The position numbers and the translations under genes are program-made. Positions 38,239 to 47,489 of a DNA stretch of 64,000 nucleotides are shown here, piece by piece. The DNA comes from Tagaea sp. (GTDB lineage: Bacteria > Pseudomonadota > Alphaproteobacteria > CACIAM-22H2), in NCBI GenBank assembly GCA_965279525.1, contig CBDIIB010000002.1, forward strand, positions 96,001-160,000, in the 5' to 3' direction. The notes beneath the pieces are model-generated. The model did no database searches. It was not told the DNA's origin and saw only the letters and a program-made list of their open reading frames with translations. Each line of letters opens with the position of its first letter. Within the stretch, counting starts at the first letter, position 1.

Positions 38239-39266
38239 AACCCACCGCCGCCCCCCGACGGCGCGCCGCCGACAGGATTGCAGTGCCGAAGGTCGGCGCT
38301 GCGCCGGTCCTCCTGGGCGTGCGCCGCGCGGCAATCGTCGAGATAGCCGCTTTCCTGATCGTCGTGTTGGCTGTCGATTTCGTCTTTCTCGCGTTCGACC
38401 GGTACGCAGGACTCTCGCCGCATCCGTTCTGGATCATCGTGCTTCTCTGTGCCGTGCAGTACGGGACGACCGAGGGGCTTGTCGCGGCCGCGGCCGCGAG
38501 TGCGGCACTGCTGGTGGGGAATCTCCCGCCTCAGCGGTTCGACGAGGATCTCTACCAGTGGCTACTTGCGGCCACCCTGCAGCCGCTCCTGTGGGCGGTC
38601 GCGGCGGTCGTCTTCGGCGAGTTGCAGGGGCGCGTGCGGCGTGAGCGCAACCTGCTGCGTGAGGAAGTCCTCCAGTCGCGCAAACGCGAAGAGGTGATCG
38701 CGGCCGCCTATCGCAAGCTCGACGCACGGCGCGAGAACCTCGAAGCGCGCGTGGCCGGGCAGCTGCGGACCGTCTTCGCGATCTATAATGCGGCCAAAGG
38801 CATCGAGCGGATGGCGACCGAGGACGTCCAGGCTGGCGTGTCGGAGTTGGTCCTCACCGTGATGAGTCCGCGGCGCTTCTCGCTGTTCCTGCTTGCCGGC
38901 GATTCGCTCGATCTGGTGATGAGCGAAGGCTGGGCGGATTCCGAGACCGTCTATGCCCGCGCTTTCGATGGCCAATCGCGGCTGTTCCAGGCGGTCGTCG
39001 GATCGCACCGCACGCTCGTGGCGGCCGTGGCCGACGACGAGCGCATCCTCGCCGGCGAAGGCCTGCTGGCGGGGCCGCTGCTCAACGTCGATTCGGGCGA
39101 GGTGATCGGCATGCTGAAGATAGAGGAAATGGGGTTCCTCGATCTTTCCGTGACGTCGATCGAGAATTTCCGGCTGCTGTGCGAGTGGATCGGCACGGCC
39201 TATGCCCAGGCGCGCCGGTTCGAGTCCGCAATGCAGGACATCGGCCCGGCCGGAGCGGCGCCGTGA
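38226..39266 (+). CDS. PelD-like inner-membrane protein (TM, coiled coil, GAF; no GGDEF)
   Basis: PHPFWIIVLLCAVQYG..GL TM region, coiled stalk, GAF-like C-terminus (GPLL..GEVIGMLKIEEMGF); only 346 aa. Confidence 0.7.
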   Translation: MADVKPTAAPRRRAADRIAVPKVGAAPVLLGVRRAAIVEIAAFLIVVLAVDFVFLAFDRYAGLSPHPFWIIVLLCAVQYGTTEGLVAAAAASAALLVGNLPPQRFDEDLYQWLLAATLQPLLWAVAAVVFGELQGRVRRERNLLREEVLQSRKREEVIAAAYRKLDARRENLEARVAGQLRTVFAIYNAAKGIERMATEDVQAGVSELVLTVMSPRRFSLFLLAGDSLDLVMSEGWADSETVYARAFDGQSRLFQAVVGSHRTLVAAVADDERILAGEGLLAGPLLNVDSGEVIGMLKIEEMGFLDLSVTSIENFRLLCEWIGTAYAQARRFESAMQDIGPAGAAP

Positions 39267-40384
39267 GCGGTTCGCATCCTGACGACAGGCGAGGGGGCCG
39301 GCGCGACCGCGAGCATGCCGCCATGCTCGCCAAACTGGCGGACGTGGCTGGATCGGTCCCGATCGTCGAGACTTTTCTGTATGGCAGCATCGTGGCCGCA
39401 GCGACCGGCTACACATGGTTCGCGGCGGCCGGGAACACGATCGGATTGAGCCACGTCATCGCGATCCATGCCGGCATCGCGGCCATCGGGCTCATGTGGA
39501 TCCGGACCGTCGCCCAGCGCGCGCGCGACTTGCGACTGCCGTGGCTTGCGGTCGGTGCTTCGACGATGGCCGGCCCGTTCGGCGCCGCGGGCAGCGTGCT
39601 GTGCGCCCTGCTCTATGCCTGGTTCCGTGGAAGCACGACGAGCTTCGAAGAGTGGTACGCGGCCCTGTTCCCCGAGCAGCAGGTCGAGGGCGCGCGCACG
39701 CTTTTCCAGGAGATCGTCTCGGACGCGCGCGACGATGAAGCCGCGTCCCGGTCGGTCGCGTCGTTCACCGACATTCTCGCATTCGGAACTTTCAGCCAGA
39801 AGCAGGCGCTGCTGGCGCTGATCGCCACCTATTTCCGTCCAGGATTCGCACCTGCACTGAAGAACGCCCTGGGGCATCCCGAAGCGGCCATCCGGGTACA
39901 GGCGGCGACCGCCGTGGCGCAGATCGAGCAGCGGTTCCTTCGCCGCTCGCTCGATCTGGAGAACGAACTCGCGCGCCGACCGCACGACCTGCCGCTGGTT
40001 TTTGCCGCCGCGCGACATTACGACGACTATGCCTTCACCGGTCTGCTCGACAACGACCGGCAAGCCGAAAACCAGCGCCGTGCGCTCAATCTCTACAACC
40101 AGGCGCTCGAACTCGCGCCGGAAGACGGGCGACTTGAACTCGGAATGGGGCGGCTTCTGGTGCGCATGGGGGAATACCGGACCGCTGCCGACCTCCTCGC
40201 GAAGGCGGCCAACGGCGGACGGCTGAAGCCCGCGGGTGCGGTCTGGTACCTGGAATGCCTGTTCCGGATCGGCGCCTTCGCGAGGCTGCGCGAGGCCGCC
40301 TTGCGCATCGTCCCTCTGCTCGATGGCGACGAGACCGCCGATCCGCGCCTGCGCGAGGCGGCCCGGCTCTGGATTCCGGGTTGA
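39263..40384 (+). CDS. PelE-like membrane protein with HEAT/TPR domain
   Basis: N-terminal TM helices, ALKNALGHPEAAIRVQAATAVAQIE, YAFTGLLD, TPR; sits between the pelD- and pelF-like genes. Start uncertain (GTG 39263 or ATG 39323). Confidence 0.7.
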   Translation: MSGSHPDDRRGGRRDREHAAMLAKLADVAGSVPIVETFLYGSIVAAATGYTWFAAAGNTIGLSHVIAIHAGIAAIGLMWIRTVAQRARDLRLPWLAVGASTMAGPFGAAGSVLCALLYAWFRGSTTSFEEWYAALFPEQQVEGARTLFQEIVSDARDDEAASRSVASFTDILAFGTFSQKQALLALIATYFRPGFAPALKNALGHPEAAIRVQAATAVAQIEQRFLRRSLDLENELARRPHDLPLVFAAARHYDDYAFTGLLDNDRQAENQRRALNLYNQALELAPEDGRLELGMGRLLVRMGEYRTAADLLAKAANGGRLKPAGAVWYLECLFRIGAFARLREAALRIVPLLDGDETADPRLREAARLWIPG

Positions 40385-40387
40385 CGG

Positions 40388-41929
40388 ATGGCGGATTTCG
40401 AGCCGGGCAAGGACCTCACTCGGGACGGCAATCCTGCCGACGTGTGCCTGCTGCTTGAAGGCACATATCCGTATGTGTCCGGCGGTGTCTCGACCTGGGT
40501 CAACGACCTGATCCGCGCGCAGTCGCACCTGCGGTTCCATTGCGTGGCGCTGCTCGCCGACCGCAAGGAGCGTGCGCTCAAGTATCCGATCGCGGAAAAC
40601 GTCGTCGGCCTCACGCACGTCTATCTCCAGCAGCCGGCAGCCGGGCCGTCGTCCGCCCGCGGCCTTCGCAGGCTGTTCAGGAGACTCGAGCCGACGCTGC
40701 TTTCGATCCAGAACCAGGGATCGATCGACGATCTCGGCCAGATACTGTCGATCCTTGCGCCCCGGCGCGCCGATCTCGGCGCGGAAACACTTCTCAATTC
40801 GCCCGAGGCCTGGAACACGCTCGTGCGTATGTACGAGGCGACGGTTCCCGACTGCTCGTTTCTCGACTATTTCTGGACCTGGCGTGCGCAGCTGGGCGGC
40901 TTGTTCGCCTGCCTGCTGACGCCGCTTCCCGAGGCCCGCGTCTATCACACGATCTCGACGGGTTATGCGGGCCTGATGGCCGCGCGCGGCGCCATCGAGA
41001 CGGGCCGGCCCTGCTTCGTCACCGAGCACGGAATCTACACCAACGAACGTCGCATCGAGATCACGATGGCCGACTGGCTGTCGTCCAACCGGCCGCGTGC
41101 ACTTGCCGTCGAACGCGAGCGGCGCGACCTGAAGGATCTGTGGATCGATACGTTCGTTTCGTATTCGCAGTGTCTCTATTCTGCCGCACGCTCGATCGTC
41201 ACGCTCTACGAGGGCAATCAGGCGATGCAGCGGCGCGACGGGGCGCCGCCCGAGCGGCTGCGCATCATCCCGAACGGCATCGATTACGACGCCTATTCGG
41301 CCGTACCGCGCGAGGATTCGGGGCGCGCGCCGACCGTGGCGCTCATCGGCCGGGTCGTGCCGATCAAGGACATCAAGACGTTCATCCGCGCCGTTGCAGT
41401 CGCGCACCGCGAGGTGCCGGATCTACAGGCTCTCATCCTCGGCCCCGAGGACGAGGATCCGGCATATGCGGCGGAATGCAAGGATCTCGCGCGCATGCTG
41501 AAGCTCGACGGCACGCTCAGGTTCATGGGCCGGCAGAAGCTGACCGATTGGCTCGGCAAGATCGACGCGCTGGCGCTGACGTCGGTGTCCGAGGCGCAGC
41601 CGCTGGTCATTCTCGAGGGTGGTGCCGCAGGTGTCCCGACCGTCGCGACCGATGTGGGCGCTTGCCGCGAGATGATCGAAGGCAGGTCGGGCGAACGTCC
41701 GGACCTTGGCCCGGGCGGTGAAGTCACGCCGCTTGCCGATCCGTCGACGACGGGGCGTGCACTGGCGCGCCTCCTCAAGGACAAGGCATGGCACGCGCGC
41801 TGCTCGGCTGCGATAAAGCGGCGCGTCGAACTGCTCTACAACAAGAAGACGATCGACGCCGTCTACCGGGAGCTCTACGAATCCTATCGCGATGCGCCGG
41901 CCGTTCCGACCGGCGCGAAGGCGGCCTGA
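40388..41929 (+). CDS. pelF: Pel polysaccharide GT4 glycosyltransferase PelF
   Basis: LLLEGTYPYVSGGVSTW, HTISTGYAG, TEHGIYT.ER, GRVVPIKDIKTFIRA, SVSEAQPLVILE. Confidence 0.95.
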   Translation: MADFEPGKDLTRDGNPADVCLLLEGTYPYVSGGVSTWVNDLIRAQSHLRFHCVALLADRKERALKYPIAENVVGLTHVYLQQPAAGPSSARGLRRLFRRLEPTLLSIQNQGSIDDLGQILSILAPRRADLGAETLLNSPEAWNTLVRMYEATVPDCSFLDYFWTWRAQLGGLFACLLTPLPEARVYHTISTGYAGLMAARGAIETGRPCFVTEHGIYTNERRIEITMADWLSSNRPRALAVERERRDLKDLWIDTFVSYSQCLYSAARSIVTLYEGNQAMQRRDGAPPERLRIIPNGIDYDAYSAVPREDSGRAPTVALIGRVVPIKDIKTFIRAVAVAHREVPDLQALILGPEDEDPAYAAECKDLARMLKLDGTLRFMGRQKLTDWLGKIDALALTSVSEAQPLVILEGGAAGVPTVATDVGACREMIEGRSGERPDLGPGGEVTPLADPSTTGRALARLLKDKAWHARCSAAIKRRVELLYNKKTIDAVYRELYESYRDAPAVPTGAKAA

Positions 41930-43311
41930 TGGCAGGCATCGGCTTTTCGCTGCGCGAACTGGCACGGTCCGACGACGTGATGGGGTCGCTGCGCGCCTTC
42001 ATGCACGCCACGCTCGTGGCTGCCGGTCCGTGGCTCGTGACGATCCTGGCACTCGGCACGCTTTCCATGATCGCCGACGGCGTATCGCAGAGTGCCGAAG
42101 TGGCGCTGTTCCGCATCATCATCATCTACAATTTCGGGTTTTCGCTGATCTTCGCCGGCCCGATCTCGATCATCGTGACGCGCTATCTGGCGGACCGGAT
42201 CTACGTGCGGGACGTCACCGAAGGACCGGGGATGCTTCTAGGCGCGTTCGCGCTGATGCTGGCCACGCAAGGCCCGCTGGCGCTGGGCTTCTACGGCTTC
42301 GCGGTCGAAGCCCCGCTGGGCGTGCGGCTGGTTGCCATCGCGGGCTATCTGCTGACAGGTGCTCTCTGGATCGCCGCCGTATTCCTGTCGACGCTCAAGG
42401 ATTTCCGCTCGATCACTTACAGCTTCATCATCGGCATGTTCACGGGCCTCGTGTGCGGAGCATCGCTTTCCGGTCATGGCGCGGTCGGCCTTCTGGCCGG
42501 ATTCACGATCGGCCTTGCAGTCGTGCTCTTTGCGCTCGTCGCGCGGATTTTCGCCGAATATCCCTATCCGGTCGTCCGGCCGTTCGCGTTCCTCGCCTAT
42601 TTCAGGCGCTACTGGGATCTTGCGGCGACATCGTTCAGCTACAACGCGGCGATCTGGATCGACAAATGGGTGATGTGGCTTTCGCCGGACCGAGAGATCG
42701 AGGCAGGTGTCCTGGTTTCCTATCCCAACTACGACAGCGCGATGTTTCTCGCCTATCTTTCGATCCTTCCGGCGATGGCGCTGTTCGTGCTGATCGTCGA
42801 GACCTCGTTTTTCGAGCGTTATCTCGCTTTTTTCCGCGAGATCCAGCGGCACGGTACCTGGACGCGGCTGCGGGCTGCACAGATCGAGCTGATGGACAGC
42901 GTGGGCGAGGGATTCCGCGTCCTGGTCGTCCTGCAGGGCGCGCTCAGCTATCTTGCGATCCTTCTGGCACCGGTCCTCTTCGAAGCGCTCGGGCTGGGTT
43001 TCGCGCAGCTCGCCATGTTCCGGTTCGGCGTCCTCGGCGCCCTTTTCCACGCCTTGCTGCTGTTCGTGCTGATCGTCTTCGCCTATTTCGACCTCCGCCG
43101 CCTGGCGCTCAAGATCGTGGTGTTTTTCCTGCTGCTCAATGCCGCGACGACGGCGCTGACGCTCTGGGCGGGGTTCGCCTGGTATGGCTACGGATATTTC
43201 CTGTCGGCCGCCACGACGTTCCTGATCGCCTATGTGATCATGCTGCGGAAGATCGCGAATCTTCCCTATCTCGTCTTCGTCGAAATCAATCCGTCCGTGA
43301 AGCGCGGCTGA
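41929..43311 (+). CDS. pelG: Pel polysaccharide transporter PelG
   Basis: MAGIGFSLR, AGPW, TRYLADRIY, WIDKWVMW, YDSAMFLAYL, VETSF, YGYGY. Confidence 0.95.
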   Translation: MAGIGFSLRELARSDDVMGSLRAFMHATLVAAGPWLVTILALGTLSMIADGVSQSAEVALFRIIIIYNFGFSLIFAGPISIIVTRYLADRIYVRDVTEGPGMLLGAFALMLATQGPLALGFYGFAVEAPLGVRLVAIAGYLLTGALWIAAVFLSTLKDFRSITYSFIIGMFTGLVCGASLSGHGAVGLLAGFTIGLAVVLFALVARIFAEYPYPVVRPFAFLAYFRRYWDLAATSFSYNAAIWIDKWVMWLSPDREIEAGVLVSYPNYDSAMFLAYLSILPAMALFVLIVETSFFERYLAFFREIQRHGTWTRLRAAQIELMDSVGEGFRVLVVLQGALSYLAILLAPVLFEALGLGFAQLAMFRFGVLGALFHALLLFVLIVFAYFDLRRLALKIVVFFLLLNAATTALTLWAGFAWYGYGYFLSAATTFLIAYVIMLRKIANLPYLVFVEINPSVKRG

Positions 43312-43324
43312 ACAAGGATACGCC

Positions 43325-44254
43325 ATGTCTACTTATCTGGTCACCGGCGGAGCCGGTTTCATCGGCTCGCATCTCGTCGATTCGCTTCTTGCCGACGGGC
43401 ACGCGGTGCGCGTGCTTGACGACCTGTCGACGGGCAGGCGCGCCAATGTGGCCGCGCGTGCCGAGTTCGTCGAAGGCGATGTCGCGGATCCGGCCGTCGT
43501 CGCGCGCGTCTGCGCCGGCACGGACGCGATCGTCCATCTTGCGGCGATCGCATCGGTGCAGCGCGGCAACGAGGACTGGGCAGGTACGCACCGGACGAAC
43601 CTGACAGCGGCAATCCACGTCTTCGATGCCGCGCGCCGTGCGCGGGCGGGCGGTCCGGTGCCGGTGGTCTACGCCTCGTCGGCGGCGATCTATGGCGACA
43701 ATCCGGATCTGCCGCTCGCCGAGACCGCACGCCCGCGCCCGCTTTCGGCCTATGGCGCGGACAAGCTCGGCTGCGAGCTGCATGCGCGGGTCGGCGGCGT
43801 GGTGCACGGCGTGCCGAGCGCAGGCTTCCGGTTCTTCAACGTGTTCGGACCGCGCCAGGATCCGAAGAGCCCGTATTCCGGCGTCATCTCGATCTTTGCC
43901 GATCGCGTCCGTGCGGGCGTGCCCTGCAGGATCCAGGGTGACGGCGGGCAGGCGCGGGATTTCGTCTATGTGGCCGATGTCGTCGCCGCATTGCGGACAG
44001 GACTGACGGCCGCAAGCACGGATGCGCCGGTTTTCAATGTCGGTACCGGTGTTTCGACACGCATCGTGGATCTTGCGCGTGTTCTGCAGCGGCTTGCCGG
44101 ATCGTCGGCAGAGCCGGAATTCGCCCCGGCCCGGCCGGGCGATATCCGTCTGTCGCTGTGCGATCCCGCGAAACTCAAGGCGCTCGGCTGGGAGCCGGGC
44201 ACGGCACTCGAGGAAGGGCTTCGCCGGACGCTTGCCTCGCTTGGCGGGGCCTGA
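43325..44254 (+). CDS. NAD-dependent UDP-sugar C4-epimerase (PelX-like)
   Basis: TGGAGFIGSH, ASSAAIYG, YGADK (YxxxK), RFFNVFGPRQDPKSPYSGVISIF; last gene of the pel operon. Confidence 0.85.
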   Translation: MSTYLVTGGAGFIGSHLVDSLLADGHAVRVLDDLSTGRRANVAARAEFVEGDVADPAVVARVCAGTDAIVHLAAIASVQRGNEDWAGTHRTNLTAAIHVFDAARRARAGGPVPVVYASSAAIYGDNPDLPLAETARPRPLSAYGADKLGCELHARVGGVVHGVPSAGFRFFNVFGPRQDPKSPYSGVISIFADRVRAGVPCRIQGDGGQARDFVYVADVVAALRTGLTAASTDAPVFNVGTGVSTRIVDLARVLQRLAGSSAEPEFAPARPGDIRLSLCDPAKLKALGWEPGTALEEGLRRTLASLGGA

Positions 44255-44272
44255 CGTCAGCCACGCCTGAGT

Positions 44273-45169
44273 TCAGAACGACGTCCAGCAGAGCTCGTGC
44301 TTGTTGTGGAAGAGGTGACGCAGGCGGCCGCCGGGTATCGCGGCGAAGCGGCGGGCCGTCTCGTGGTCGGTGGCACCCTGGAACTTGATCGTGCAGACGA
44401 TGCGCTTGGCAAGCCCACTCGCCCGCCAGCGCTCGACCAGTTCGAACAGGCGGGCGGGATAACAGATGACGTCGCTGAACAGCCAGTCGACCGGCCCCAC
44501 ATCGGCCGGTGCCAGCCCGAAGGCGCTGGCCTGGCGCAGTTCCACGCCCGGCAAAGCGGCGACCGCAGGGTCGAGGGGCGCTTTGTCGATGGCCAGCACG
44601 CTTGCCCCAAGTTTGGCGAGCACCCAGGTCCAGCCGCCCGGCGAGGCCCCAAGATCGACGCAGCGGTCGCCCGGTCCGGGCATGGCGCCAGCCAGCGTCA
44701 GCGCTTCCCAGAGCTTCAGGTAGGCGCGGCTGGGCGGGCCCGAGCGATCCTCGACGAAGCGGCATTCGCCGTCGGGGAACGGGCTCGAACAGCGGGCACT
44801 GGCTAGCAGTGTCTGCGGATCGAGCAGCATCCAGGCGCCGAGCGGTGCTGCCGGAACAGGACTGCCGAAGACCAGCGGCTTGGCGGAGACTTTCGGCAGT
44901 TCCCCCGCGATCAGGGCGGCCCGACGGTGATGTGCATGGTCATGCAGCACCCAGTTGCGCTGGATCGCGCGCAGCGCCTTTGCCGCTTGTCCGATCGACG
45001 GAGCGGGCAGGCGCACGGGTTCCAGCCAGATGTTCTGGGCCCAGACGGCCGCACGCGGCGGGCCGGGTGCGACAAGCAGACGACCGTAGGCCGCTTCGAC
45101 GTCGCCAAGCTCTTCGCGCAGCGGTTCGACGAATCCGTCGGCGGCGAGGTAAGCGGCAAACTGTTCCAG
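44273..45169 (-). CDS. RlmM/FtsJ-like RNA 2'-O-methyltransferase
   Basis: PPSRAYLKLWEAL, VDLGASPGGWT, WLFSDV, TIK, HNKHE (K-D-K-E tetrad); start codon uncertain. Confidence 0.75.
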   Translation of the reverse strand: MEQFAAYLAADGFVEPLREELGDVEAAYGRLLVAPGPPRAAVWAQNIWLEPVRLPAPSIGQAAKALRAIQRNWVLHDHAHHRRAALIAGELPKVSAKPLVFGSPVPAAPLGAWMLLDPQTLLASARCSSPFPDGECRFVEDRSGPPSRAYLKLWEALTLAGAMPGPGDRCVDLGASPGGWTWVLAKLGASVLAIDKAPLDPAVAALPGVELRQASAFGLAPADVGPVDWLFSDVICYPARLFELVERWRASGLAKRIVCTIKFQGATDHETARRFAAIPGGRLRHLFHNKHELCWTSF

Positions 45170-45262
45170 ATCTTCGCTCCCTGCTTCGCCGGCGCCCGGC
45201 CGACAATATAGGACCTCGCCTGTTCGCTTGCCAGCGCGTGCAAAGGCAAGCGAAAGTGAGGC

Positions 45263-46666
45263 GTGCACGTGAAGATTTCCGTCCGGTTCCTGACGCGCTG
45301 GCTGCCGGTATGCCTTGCCGCCACGGTCCTGCTCCAATGCATCGTCGGCTATGCGCCCCTTCGGCCGGCTGCACTGCTCCTGACACTTGTCTGGCTTGCG
45401 GCCGCCTTTCCGGCGACCCGGGCAACGGAACGGGCGTTCCTGGCGGCGACCATCGCCTCGGCGATGGCGGTCGTCGCGATCGGTGCCGACTGGCGTGCGA
45501 TCCTCGGAACCGGCCTCGATCGCGCGACGATGTTCGTGGCGCTCCTGACTTCGCTCGGCCTGCTGCGCGATGCGGCTCGTACATCGCGCGCGGTGCGGCG
45601 CGCGGGCAACTGGCTCATTCGCCAGTCGCCGAGCTGGCGCTTTCTGGCGATAGCCCTCGGCGGGCACGGGTTCGGCATCGCGCTCAACATGGGTGCCATC
45701 ACGCTGCTCGGCACGCTCATCAAGCGCTCGAACACGCTCGCGGCGGCCGGCGGCGACGCGCAAGTCGTCGGGATACGCGAAGAACGGATGAACGTCGCCC
45801 TGCTCCAGGGGTTTTTCTCGATGCTCGTCTGGTCGCCGATGGCGATATCGGTCGCCTTCACGCTGTCGATGATTCCGTCGGTGACGTGGTTCGATATCGG
45901 CCCGCCGGCGTTCGCGATCGCGGCGCTGTTCCTGGCGACGGGATGGGCAGTCGACCGGATCAAATGGCCGCCGTCCCGGCGAAGATCGATTCCGCAACCC
46001 GGGCCACGGCCGCCCGCGCGCGATGCGTTGCCGATGCTCGGCATCATCGTCGGACTAGTGTCGACGGTGCTGGGGGCCAAGGCGCTGTTCGGCATCGGCA
46101 TGGTCGAGGCGATCAGCTGGTTCGCGGCCCTGTTCGCGTTCGGCTGGTTCTATGTCCAGTATGCGCGACTGGGCACCGGCCCCGCGTTCGTGGCAACTGG
46201 CCGGCGTCTTCGCCGGCATGTCGAGCGGTTCGTCCCCGACACGCGCGGCGAACAGATCGTGCTGGGGTCTGCGAGCTTCCTTGGCGTCACGCTGGCGGTC
46301 CTGCTGCAGAATCTCGGCGTATCGGCATGGCTCGATGCCTGGCAGCCGCACGGCGCCGTCCTGGCGCTCGCCATCGTGGTGTTCATCGTCGTCGGTTCCC
46401 AGTTCGGGGTCGTCGCACTCGTCACCAGTGCCGTTGCCGGCGGAGCGGTGATGGGCATGGCGCGGATGCCGATGACACCCCTCGAGCTCGTGCTGTCGCT
46501 TCAGGTCGGCTGGTGCCTTTCGGCGACGCTGTCGGCGTATTCGGGCGGCACGATGCTGATGGCGCGCATCATCGACCGCGATCCGTCGATCTTCCGCACG
46601 TGGAACATGCCCTGGGTGGCCGTCTGCTTCGTGCTCTATGCCGCGATCGCCATGTGGCGCATCTAG
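45263..46666 (+). CDS. Multi-pass membrane protein, probable secondary transporter
   Basis: About 12 hydrophobic segments with a GFFSMLVWSP motif; no substrate-specific motif recognised. Confidence 0.65.
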   Translation: MHVKISVRFLTRWLPVCLAATVLLQCIVGYAPLRPAALLLTLVWLAAAFPATRATERAFLAATIASAMAVVAIGADWRAILGTGLDRATMFVALLTSLGLLRDAARTSRAVRRAGNWLIRQSPSWRFLAIALGGHGFGIALNMGAITLLGTLIKRSNTLAAAGGDAQVVGIREERMNVALLQGFFSMLVWSPMAISVAFTLSMIPSVTWFDIGPPAFAIAALFLATGWAVDRIKWPPSRRRSIPQPGPRPPARDALPMLGIIVGLVSTVLGAKALFGIGMVEAISWFAALFAFGWFYVQYARLGTGPAFVATGRRLRRHVERFVPDTRGEQIVLGSASFLGVTLAVLLQNLGVSAWLDAWQPHGAVLALAIVVFIVVGSQFGVVALVTSAVAGGAVMGMARMPMTPLELVLSLQVGWCLSATLSAYSGGTMLMARIIDRDPSIFRTWNMPWVAVCFVLYAAIAMWRI

Positions 46667-47439
46667 CCGCGGAGCGCCGACGCGGCACCCTCCCACTCGA
46701 TCCGCGAGGTCGCATGCAGCAGCGGGCCGACATGCCGGCGCGCGTCGTAGGTGCCGCCATTGTCGAGGAACGCGGCATGGCCGCCGGCTTCGGTCACGGC
46801 AAGGGCGCCGGCGGCATGGTCCCACGGCAGCGTTCGCGTGAAGCAGGCGAAGCCGAGCCGGCCGCGCGCCAGATCGAGATAGACCGCACCAGCGCAGCGA
46901 TCGTCGATGAAGTGCCCGAAGCGCCCCGATTCCTCGGCGCGCTTGCGCAGCGTCTTGCCGTAGATCGCGACGTCGTCGCTTGCCTTCAACAGGGCCGGCG
47001 CGCCGTTGAAGCGTGCGCCGGCGCCTTTCTCCGCGACCAGCAGGTCGCGCGTCAGCGGCTCGTAAATCCATCCGGCAACCGGTTCGCCGCCGACGGCCAG
47101 CGCCACGATCGAACAGAAGGGCGTGCGGCTTGCGGCGAAATTCGCCGTTCCGTCGAGCGGATCGATGATCCAGACCGGTGCCGGCTCGCCGAGCCTGTCG
47201 AGGATCGCCCGGTCGTTGGCGACCGCCTCTTCGCCGACGACACAGCTACCGGGCAGTAGCGCCGCCAGGGCAGGCGTCAGGCGCGCTTCGGCATCGATGT
47301 CAGCCGCCGTGACGTAGTCGTTGGGGCCCTTGAGGGCGATGTCCGACGCTTCAAGAGTGCGGAAACGGGGAAGGATCGCGATATCCGAGACCTCGGCGAT
47401 CAAGGCGGCGACGCGATCGATGATGGAGGCGCTTAGCAT
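46663..47439 (-). CDS. Inositol monophosphatase family protein
   Basis: DYVTAADI.AE, VGEE, WIIDPLDGTANF, PWDHAAG. Confidence 0.92.
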   Translation of the reverse strand: MLSASIIDRVAALIAEVSDIAILPRFRTLEASDIALKGPNDYVTAADIDAEARLTPALAALLPGSCVVGEEAVANDRAILDRLGEPAPVWIIDPLDGTANFAASRTPFCSIVALAVGGEPVAGWIYEPLTRDLLVAEKGAGARFNGAPALLKASDDVAIYGKTLRKRAEESGRFGHFIDDRCAGAVYLDLARGRLGFACFTRTLPWDHAAGALAVTEAGGHAAFLDNGGTYDARRHVGPLLHATSRIEWEGAASALRG

Positions 47440-47489
47440 GGATTGGCGTTAAACCAGCATCGTGCGGACGGCAAGTCGAAACCGCGAAG

